Shown: positions 57,602 to 64,000 of the stretch, one piece after another | How the letters are laid out: each line of letters begins with the position of its first letter | Position numbering within the stretch: position 1 is the first letter of the stretch | Source: an uncultured bacterium | Lineage (GTDB): Bacteria; Verrucomicrobiota; Kiritimatiellia; CAIKKV01; CAITUY01 | Length of the DNA stretch: 64,000 bases | Reading direction: 5' to 3' | Assembly: GCA_903895695.1 (NCBI GenBank) | Contig: CAITUY010000085.1 | Span: forward strand, 25,052-89,051 | Translations under genes and position numbers: made by a program | Notes under the pieces: generated by a model | Told to the model about the DNA's origin: nothing | What the model saw: the letters and a program-made list of their open reading frames with translations, nothing else | The model's database searches: none

Positions 57602-58395
57602 TCCAACGCCCTGCCGTTTCTGAACGCCTCCAGGACCGTGCCGTATTCCTCATAGACCGGCACTTGAGTCCCCGGCATCAACGCGGCCGCGTTCGTGAAC
57701 CAGGACCGATACGTTCCCGTCTCGCTCCAGGCGTCAACCAGTGCCGTCGTGAATACGCCGCCTTGCGGCCCGCCGAGACTGCTCTGCCCGTCCGCACATC
57801 CGCCGTAGTGAATCAGCGCTGCATGGAACGGGGCAGGGAGGGCCTTCTTGTAGGACCGGCGCCGATAGTTCGTGCCTGAGTTGCAGGTATCGGTCACGAA
57901 GAAGACCCGCACGCCGACCGGAACCTCGGCCAGCACCGTGGAAAGGTAGGTGTCCGTCATCTGGCCATCCCAAAGGCAAAGCGTCTCGGAAAGACCATCC
58001 GCCTCCGTGGTGTCCCCATCGTCTACCTGGCCGCCGTGCCCCGATACGTACACCACGAGCAGGTCACCGGCCTTCATGCCCGCGCATGCCGCCCGAGCGG
58101 CCGCCTCCAGTGCGCCCTTGGTCGCCGCCGCGTTGTGATGCAGCGACACCTGCAGGCCCCGCTCGCGGCAGAGCATTGCGAATGTATCCGCATCCACGTC
58201 ACACCCGGGGCACGCGCCCGCCCACCCGCCGTATGCCGCCGGATCCACGGCCGTCAACCCGGCGACCACCGCCCGGCGCACTACGCCGGTCACCGACGTG
58301 AAGTCGTTCGTACAGTCGGTCACCGGTTGTGGCGCCGGCTGGCTCGCGCAACCCGCCATCAAAACACCCGCCAGAACGATCAAGATACCTCGCAT
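57598..58395 (-). CDS. Peptidase C14 caspase/metacaspase-like (orthocaspase) lipoprotein
   Basis: Lipobox LAGVLMAGC|AS; p20-like catalytic dyad in metacaspase context: LLVVYVSGHGGQVDDGDTTEADGLSETLCLWDGQ...VRVFFVTDTCNSGT (His in SGHG, Cys in DxCxSG). Confidence 0.7.
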   Translation of the reverse strand: MRGILIVLAGVLMAGCASQPAPQPVTDCTNDFTSVTGVVRRAVVAGLTAVDPAAYGGWAGACPGCDVDADTFAMLCRERGLQVSLHHNAAATKGALEAAARAACAGMKAGDLLVVYVSGHGGQVDDGDTTEADGLSETLCLWDGQMTDTYLSTVLAEVPVGVRVFFVTDTCNSGTNYRRRSYKKALPAPFHAALIHYGGCADGQSSLGGPQGGVFTTALVDAWSETGTYRSWFTNAAALMPGTQVPVYEEYGTVLEAFRNGRALE

Positions 58396-58496
58396 GTTAA
58401 ATCCCCCCTTGTTGTGTTTTCACCCTCGTCCGGGCAGCACTCGCCGCCCACTCACACCCGCATTACGCCTACCGCGCCACCCAAAGCCCGCCACCC

Positions 58497-59018
58497 ATGA
58501 CCACAGCGATGTGGTACTCGGACGGCAGTGTCAATGCCTGCCGTGTCAGCATTCCCGATCATGCCGGCCGCGAGGGCTATCTCCGGGAATACCCATCGCA
58601 CGCCGAAGTCAAAGCGCACATGCAAACGCGTCTGCAGCAAGGCGTGGCGTGTCCAACCCATGCCGGTGCGGTGACGACCACCCTCCCGTCCCGCGCTGCC
58701 ATGCGACAGTGCATGTCAACCTGTCCTGCAGGCACATGCACGACAAGAACTGCCGTTAAGTGCTATGCGCGCCGGCATGCCGGCGAACTCGAAGCCCGAT
58801 TCCAGAGAGCGGTAGTCGAGGGATTCGATGCCCTGTGGCAGTTTGGGGTGGGGGTGGCCTATGCCCTGTGGCCAGAAGCAGGACGGCAGCATGCCGGCCC
58901 GTTTTGTGCCGTCATGGCCATCGCCGGAAGCATGGGCATGTCCGAACGGGACATGCAGGTGCTGAGGGGTAACATGGCCCGACTAAGCGATACCCAGCGA
59001 CAAGGAGGCCCAACGTGA
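58497..59018 (+). CDS. Hypothetical protein (first of a translationally coupled trio on the island); start uncertain
   Basis: ORF ends with AAGGAGG RBS and GTGA overlap into next gene; C-terminal half protein-like, N-terminal half Cys/Thr-rich and possibly not coding. Confidence 0.35.
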   Translation: MTTAMWYSDGSVNACRVSIPDHAGREGYLREYPSHAEVKAHMQTRLQQGVACPTHAGAVTTTLPSRAAMRQCMSTCPAGTCTTRTAVKCYARRHAGELEARFQRAVVEGFDALWQFGVGVAYALWPEAGRQHAGPFCAVMAIAGSMGMSERDMQVLRGNMARLSDTQRQGGPT

Positions 59019-59611
59019 AAGAGGCGAGTATCATCGACGAACAAGCCGCCGATTCGGAAAAAGTGCAGGTCGGTCATCTGAAGGAACACACGGAGACGGA
59101 AAGGCTTGAGGGTGCGGCGGAGCATATCAGCCAGATCAAGCAGCTTCGGCCCGAAGTGTGGTCGGGTCTCACCGAGGCAGGGCGCGAGAGCTGCTTGCGG
59201 CAAGTCGGGCGGAGATTGTCGGAAGCCTATGAGTGTCCTGCCCCGCCGTTTATCGGAAGCCGCCTGGCCGAGGATGATCGCGGCATTACCCTTGGCGAGC
59301 ACTCCGATGACGAGTACATCACGAAAGTGAACCACAAGGTGCTCAACATGAACGAGTCTGGCCGGGCACTGGAGACATACAGCCACGAATTCCGCCACGC
59401 CTATCAGCACGAGATGGCGACTCGGTACAACTCAGCATTTAGACACCTGTGCCACGATGAAACCAAGGCCGCCCAGTGGGCCGAGAACCTGAAGCCCGGA
59501 AGCTACGTCTCCTTTGACGTGAACGCGGAGGGCTATGAGGCGCAGCCGGTCGAGAAGGATGCACGGGACTTCGCTGCCAGACTCAAGGAGGAGGTGCGGA
59601 GAAGGCAATGA
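59015..59611 (+). CDS. Hypothetical protein with HExxH zincin-like motif
   Basis: GTG start after AAGGAGG; acidic N-terminus; SHEFRHAYQHE motif. Confidence 0.45.
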   Translation: MKEASIIDEQAADSEKVQVGHLKEHTETERLEGAAEHISQIKQLRPEVWSGLTEAGRESCLRQVGRRLSEAYECPAPPFIGSRLAEDDRGITLGEHSDDEYITKVNHKVLNMNESGRALETYSHEFRHAYQHEMATRYNSAFRHLCHDETKAAQWAENLKPGSYVSFDVNAEGYEAQPVEKDARDFAARLKEEVRRRQ

Positions 59612-59705
59612 AGACGAACCACATGATACCAACTGCACGAGTTCTGCTCACGACTGAGTTGACGGCCGGACACGTCTCGCGCTAGGAAAACTGGAGGTAC
59701 GAAAG

Positions 59706-59945
59706 ATGGGATTCACGCTTGCAGGAGATATCACCGTCAAGGTGACGACTATGGCGCGTACGATGGGCACCAGCGATGAAGCGGTGGTCATTCCGGACAC
59801 AAACAATCAGGTGCTCGTTAGGCTCGGTTCAAGAGCCTTCCATGAACGGATGAAAGACACGACGATATTCAAGATTCCGGTAAGGTTGAAGACCGTGATA
59901 GGCGGGGTTGAGACTGAAGAACTATTCTTCGTTTGTACAAAGTGA
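59706..59945 (+). CDS. Small hypothetical protein, lower GC
   Basis: 79-aa ORF with AT-richer codon usage than host; preceded by GGAGG. Confidence 0.35.
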   Translation: MGFTLAGDITVKVTTMARTMGTSDEAVVIPDTNNQVLVRLGSRAFHERMKDTTIFKIPVRLKTVIGGVETEELFFVCTK

Positions 59946-60062
59946 TGTCGTGGGCACGTGCCAAGCACTGCGGTGCCAACGCGGCGAACCCTTGATGACA
60001 GATATTCCGCATTTGCCCCGCACTAATGCGCGGGGTTCAGGAATACGAACGGTCAAACCCTG

Positions 60063-61043
60063 TCATCTGAGCGCGTTAATTTCGGCTTCGAGTGCCTGCA
60101 ATCCGGCCACAATGACGCCGAAATCGGGCCGCTCGCCGAAGATCATGGACTGCATCTGTTCGTAATCGCGCGCTAACACCTTCATCACATGCTCAGGCGG
60201 CACGAGTTTCATCGTTCCCGGCGTCGCCAGGTCGTACCGAGCCCACCCGCGGTGATAGAACTTGTCCTTGAAGGCCGCCACCGCATGAAGCAGATCCAGG
60301 TCGGCGAACGCGTCACCCTTCACCCGGGTCTGCGCCATGCGATGCACGTCGTAGTAATGCCGCGAGTAACCCGCCGGCTGGACGCTTCCGGCGGGACGGT
60401 TGGCCTCATGATGCAGGATCGTGATCTTCTCCCAAAACGTTCGTTCCGCCTTGATGGCCTGTACCCGGCACGTCGGCCGCCGGAACACCGCAGGCAACGC
60501 CTCGGCCGAATAGGGCCGGATGTCATACTCCGCGTTCGGGATCCACGCAGCCAGTGGCCCCACTTCGAGTTGGATCTCCGGCCTCAGGTAGTCGCTGCCG
60601 AATGCCGCCGGATACTTGACCTTCACAATCTCGGGGTTGTCCCCGATCGTCGCCTCGCACGTGTCCCCTACGAGCCGGCGGACCTCAGGCAGGAAGGTCT
60701 CCCGCAGATACACGTGCGCCTGCCGCAGCAGTTCCTTGTTGAACACATCCTGTCGACTGACGGATCGCGCGGCCCGCGGATCCTCCTGCGTGATCTCCGT
60801 CCAGTCCAGGATCAGGTCGATGTCTTCGGAGAACCGCTCGATCAGACCAAATACCTTCGATAGGGAAGTGCCGCCTTTGAACAGAATCCTGCGGCCAATG
60901 GTCGCCGAACCGAATAACCGATCCAGCGTCCAGCACACCCAGAAGTCTTTCTCCACGACTTCCGGGGGCATCTTCTTGATCGCAGCGGCCTCGCGCATCA
61001 GATCCGCGCGGTCGGCCGCGCTCCAAGTGGCAACGGCATCCAT
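60063..61043 (-). CDS. abiEii: Type IV toxin-antitoxin nucleotidyltransferase toxin AbiEii/AbiGii family (DUF1814)
   Basis: ILFKGGTSLSKVFGLIERFSEDIDLIL hallmark motif; ~326 aa. Confidence 0.8.
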   Translation of the reverse strand: MDAVATWSAADRADLMREAAAIKKMPPEVVEKDFWVCWTLDRLFGSATIGRRILFKGGTSLSKVFGLIERFSEDIDLILDWTEITQEDPRAARSVSRQDVFNKELLRQAHVYLRETFLPEVRRLVGDTCEATIGDNPEIVKVKYPAAFGSDYLRPEIQLEVGPLAAWIPNAEYDIRPYSAEALPAVFRRPTCRVQAIKAERTFWEKITILHHEANRPAGSVQPAGYSRHYYDVHRMAQTRVKGDAFADLDLLHAVAAFKDKFYHRGWARYDLATPGTMKLVPPEHVMKVLARDYEQMQSMIFGERPDFGVIVAGLQALEAEINALR

Positions 61044-61654
61044 CAGGATTCCTCCCGGCAGATCTTCAGGATCGTGTCACGCACCCAGCCGCTCGCCGTC
61101 GCTGTGTCTTTCAACACCTTGGCCCGGAGCCCGGCGTTCAGGAAACCGCGTAGGGCCCGGATCGTGTCCGCAGTGATCCGGTCTGGCCCGAGTGTCTTCA
61201 ACGCCTGCACCAACAAGGAACTCTCCCGCTGTTTGAAACCGGCCTCTTTCAGCATGGTATGCTCAAACACGAGTTCCTGGCCGCCGACACGATACGTCCG
61301 GTCCGGTCCATCGGAGAGGTACGCGACGCGACCCATGACTTGCGTCGACAGCCCCAGCAGGTTCAACGCAGCCGGCCCGGTTGCCTGAATGCGCCACCCG
61401 AACTTCCGCGCCAACGCGTGCGCCACGCGGTCGATATCGGGACTCAACTCCCGGTCCAATTTCTTGCTGTACCGGGGATAGTCGTAGAGGCCCCGTATGA
61501 CACGGCGGATAGTCCCCCGTGCAAGCAATCGGTGCAGCGCCACATCAACCGCCGTCCGGGTCCCGATCCCGCTAAAATCAGTCTCGGAAAATGCCCAACC
61601 CCTCCCGTTGCCATAGACCCGGCTAACGACCCTGTTTTCAACGGTATTGTGCAT
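61043..61654 (-). CDS. abiEi: AbiEi-family antitoxin / transcriptional regulator
   Basis: ~203 aa, immediately upstream of and overlapping (1 nt) abiEii; size and position typical of AbiEi. Confidence 0.65.
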   Translation of the reverse strand: MHNTVENRVVSRVYGNGRGWAFSETDFSGIGTRTAVDVALHRLLARGTIRRVIRGLYDYPRYSKKLDRELSPDIDRVAHALARKFGWRIQATGPAALNLLGLSTQVMGRVAYLSDGPDRTYRVGGQELVFEHTMLKEAGFKQRESSLLVQALKTLGPDRITADTIRALRGFLNAGLRAKVLKDTATASGWVRDTILKICREES

Positions 61655-61755
61655 CTGAGTGACCCTGTTCCTGTAAGAAAATGTGCCACCTTCTTCTTAC
61701 AGCCGCAAGCCCCATCTTCACGCGCCCAATGCGCCGGCCGATCGCGCACTTCCCG

Positions 61756-63246
61756 TCATACCCTCTGCGCTTCCCGTACCACCCGCGAGTCAACCCAGTC
61801 TTTAGCCTGATTGACCAAATCGGCGGCCGTCTTCACTTGCTTCCGCCAACTCGGCTCAGGCACGATGGCTGCATTCTCCGCCAGGGCCGCCTGCAGCAAC
61901 TTCAGCCCTGCTTCCAGCAACTCACCCGGCCCTTGGGCCTCCCCGTACGTCTGACCGTCGTCACGCAGCACCGGCGCCCCTATGTCGGCCGGCTTCTTGC
62001 CTTCCCCCAGCATCAGCGCCGGCATCGCCCCCGTGATCGTCTTCGTAAAGTCATCACGCCCCGGCTTGAAGTAATTCTTGAGCACCACGTCCGCCGCCTT
62101 GTGGCCGGTCACGCGTCGAACCAGTTCCATCGGCACCCCCGCTGCCAGCGCCATGGTGATCCATGTGACCCGGAAACTGTGGAACCCCCGCACGTTCGCA
62201 GGGTGCAGCCCCTTGCCCCCTTCGCGCTCCACATGCACGTCTCCGCGCGTCTTGGTGTCGAGGCGTGCCAGCCCCTTCTTCTCCCGTTCCTTGTTCTTCT
62301 TGTCGATGACCGCTTGGTCGATGAACCCCGCCTTCTTGAACACAACCCCCAACCGCCAGTTCACACCATCGGGGTTATTCTGGTACATGTGCGCCAGTTC
62401 CGGGAACACGTACCCGCTCGCAGCGGCCGTCCGCTTCTCGAGTTCCTCCCGGAGCAACGCCAATAACGGGATTTCAACAGTCTCCCCGGTCTTGGACGTC
62501 TTCACCCGGATGTAGTTGTTCTTGAGGTCAACCGATTCCCACTTCAACAGGCAGGCATCCCCGCGCCGCATGGCCGTGCAGACGCCCACCACGACCAACG
62601 GTCGCATGAGTTCGTCATTCATCGCGGCATTCAGGATGATCCTCAGTTCCTCGGCGCTGAACGGCTTGCGGTGGATCGTATCCCGGTCCTTCGTCACGAT
62701 CCTGCCAAAGGGGTTCGTCAGCATGCCGGCGTCCTCGCGCAGGTGTTCGAAGGCGCCGCGCAGCAGGATCAGTTCCGAATTGAACGTCTTTGGGCTGATC
62801 TTGCGGTCATCCTCATGACGCATGAACGCTTCCGCCACCTTCTTGTCGACGGCCGCCATTTCCTTCACGCGCGGGAACTTGTCCTTTACGAAGTCCTGTA
62901 GGCGTTCAAACGTCCGCTCCGCCCACTTCACGTAGTGCTTCTTCGGTTGGCGTTTCCGCGGGATCTTCTTCCAGGCATCGTTCAGGTGGAGCAGGGGAAT
63001 ACTGCCGATCCGGTGCCCGAACTTCACCCTGTGGATCTCTTGCACCAGATCCTCCGGCCGCTTCTGCTGGTCGGAGTCCGCCACGACCTTTTCGAACGCC
63101 GTGAGCGCTGCTTGCCGGGTCACCTCGAAAGCCGGCTCGCCCGGTTTACCCACCGCCTCGACATTCAGGCGAGCGAAGTGCCGTTTCCCGTCCCGCATCC
63201 ACCGTCCGTACCAATTTTTACTGCCCGGCTTGAGTTCAATCCCCAT
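61756..63246 (-). CDS. int: Tyrosine site-specific recombinase / phage-type integrase
   Basis: C-terminal catalytic domain with R...HSFRVTWITMALAAGV...RVTGHKAADVVLKNY (R-H-R-Y tetrad); N-terminal SAM-like/arm-binding domains. Confidence 0.85.
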   Translation of the reverse strand: MGIELKPGSKNWYGRWMRDGKRHFARLNVEAVGKPGEPAFEVTRQAALTAFEKVVADSDQQKRPEDLVQEIHRVKFGHRIGSIPLLHLNDAWKKIPRKRQPKKHYVKWAERTFERLQDFVKDKFPRVKEMAAVDKKVAEAFMRHEDDRKISPKTFNSELILLRGAFEHLREDAGMLTNPFGRIVTKDRDTIHRKPFSAEELRIILNAAMNDELMRPLVVVGVCTAMRRGDACLLKWESVDLKNNYIRVKTSKTGETVEIPLLALLREELEKRTAAASGYVFPELAHMYQNNPDGVNWRLGVVFKKAGFIDQAVIDKKNKEREKKGLARLDTKTRGDVHVEREGGKGLHPANVRGFHSFRVTWITMALAAGVPMELVRRVTGHKAADVVLKNYFKPGRDDFTKTITGAMPALMLGEGKKPADIGAPVLRDDGQTYGEAQGPGELLEAGLKLLQAALAENAAIVPEPSWRKQVKTAADLVNQAKDWVDSRVVREAQRV

Positions 63247-63398
63247 ACGCGCCTCCCGGTTTAACCCTGTGCAATTCCTTTCAATCCGGCGACCTAAGTC
63301 ACCTACGAAATTGCCACAGTTTTAACCACAGTAGGCCAAAAAATCAACTCAAGAAGCCAGTAATGTCGGCAATCATTGGCAAAAACAGCAATTTCCGA

Positions 63399-63441
63399 TT
63401 TGGTTCGGGACCAAAAGGTCGGGGGTTCAAATCCCCGACCA
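63399..63441 (+). repeat. attR: 38-nt exact (43 with GACCA) direct repeat of the tRNA-Pro anticodon/T-arm
   Basis: Identical to 56686-56723 of the tRNA gene; the upstream half of the tRNA is absent here. Confidence 0.85.
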
Positions 63442-63458
63442 TCTTTCGTGAATAAAAA

Positions 63459-63497
63459 CCTCGCATTTCTTCAGGAAATGCGGGGTTTCTTGTCTTT
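63459..63497 (+). terminator. Rho-independent terminator (presumably the original tRNA-Pro terminator displaced to the far side of the island)
   Basis: CCTCGCATTTC-TTCAG-GAAATGCGGGG 11-bp stem (one G-U) followed by TTTCTTGTCTTT. Confidence 0.6.
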
Positions 63498-64000
63498 CAG
63501 CCGAAATGTTTTTCAGTCTGAAACAGGGCTGAATTTCTTGGTCAAGAACACCCACAAACGCACCCACAAACACCCACGAAATTTTGGGTCGCCGAGTGTG
63601 AGGGTCTACGGCAGCAACAAGTACCCAACGGCGGACGATGCACCGTCCGATGACGCCCAGCCATTCACGAGGTTCCTGCGTGCCGTGAGCCGCCTTGCTG
63701 ACGGACGAACCTTCGAGTGAACATGGGCAAGTACGAAATCCTCGCCCTGGGCGTGATCGCCGTCTGCCCCGCCATCCCGTGAGGGAACCGCCCGTCCACG
63801 GAATGCACCTGCGAAAAAACCGCCCACGGAACTGGCAACGCCGACGGTTGCGATCCTTGCGTGCAGGCACTGCATTTCAGTAATAATGAAATGTAGTTGA
63901 CCGTTTGTGCCTCGGGCTCTACCGTGCCACAAGGTGCGGCATATGAAACCGACTACTCGTACCGTAGGCAAACGTGTTGCGAAGGCGAGGCTGGCGATGA

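Larger units (their letters stand above)
56736..63441. mobile_element. ~6.7-kb integrated element (genomic island / defective prophage-like) in the 3' end of tRNA-Pro
   Basis: Bounded by complete tRNA-Pro and a direct repeat of its 3' half (TTTGGTTCGGGACCAAAAGGTCGGGGGTTCAAATCCCC + GACCA at 63399-63441); carries integrase, abiEi/abiEii, caspase-like operon; patchy lower GC. Confidence 0.8.

Noticed and set aside
58298-58759. 153-aa plus ORF overlapping the caspase gene start and the 58497 ORF
   Set aside because: Out of frame with and overlapping better-supported genes; Pro/Arg/Cys-rich, typical GC-frame artefact.
63376-63720. 114-aa plus ORF and overlapping minus ORFs 63427-63971
   Set aside because: Span the tRNA-fragment repeat and terminator hairpin; no RBS; composition not protein-like. 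Treated as noncoding att/terminator region.

Overview
High-GC (~65%) bacterial chromosomal segment, mostly densely packed housekeeping operons with many 4-nt ATGA/GTGA start-stop overlaps, plus several accessory features. Left third, mostly minus strand: truncated pilT, DAHP synthase, and a pdxJ-acpS-nnr-thiC-mazG-cbpA operon; lipoproteins, dedA, a DUF502 protein, an alpha/beta hydrolase and a lone prepilin-type pseudopilin; a marR-tolC-macA-ABC ATPase-ABC permease efflux operon; HAD hydrolase, PAP2-like, WbaP-type sugar transferase and HD-GYP genes. Centre, 21.1-37.3 kb, plus strand: two tandem, paralogous six-gene hyf/ech-like group-4 [NiFe]-hydrogenase / complex-I-like clusters (hyfB-C-E-F-G plus a ferredoxin::small-subunit fusion). 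The upstream cluster is translationally coupled to an HTH::PTS-EIIA(Ntr)-like regulator gene, and its 'large subunit' has lost both Ni-ligating CxxC motifs (Ehr-like); the downstream cluster keeps them. Then a VOC protein, two tandem GH38 alpha-mannosidases, a low-GC islet (nucleotidyltransferase-fold genes, RhuM-family protein), polysaccharide deacetylase, the conserved surA-pdxA-rsmA(ksgA) block coupled to mutS, an RRM RNA-binding protein, LpxL-like acyltransferase and a GT2 glycosyltransferase. Right end: tRNA-Pro(CGG) followed by a ~6.7-kb integrated element bounded by a 38-43-nt direct repeat of the tRNA 3' half. It carries a tyrosine integrase with CCACAGT arm-type repeats, an AbiEi/AbiEii type IV TA pair, a translationally coupled trio including an HExxH protein, and a three-gene operon encoding a metacaspase-like (C14) lipoprotein, an XhlA/holin-like small membrane protein and a Trp-rich unknown protein. 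A ~120-160-nt highly palindromic intergenic repeat (REP/MITE-like) occurs three times, and a second, unrelated long palindromic element built from CTGTAGGCT units lies at 55.2 kb. No rRNA or CRISPR seen. All calls are from reading the translations and sequence by eye; no database searches were possible.
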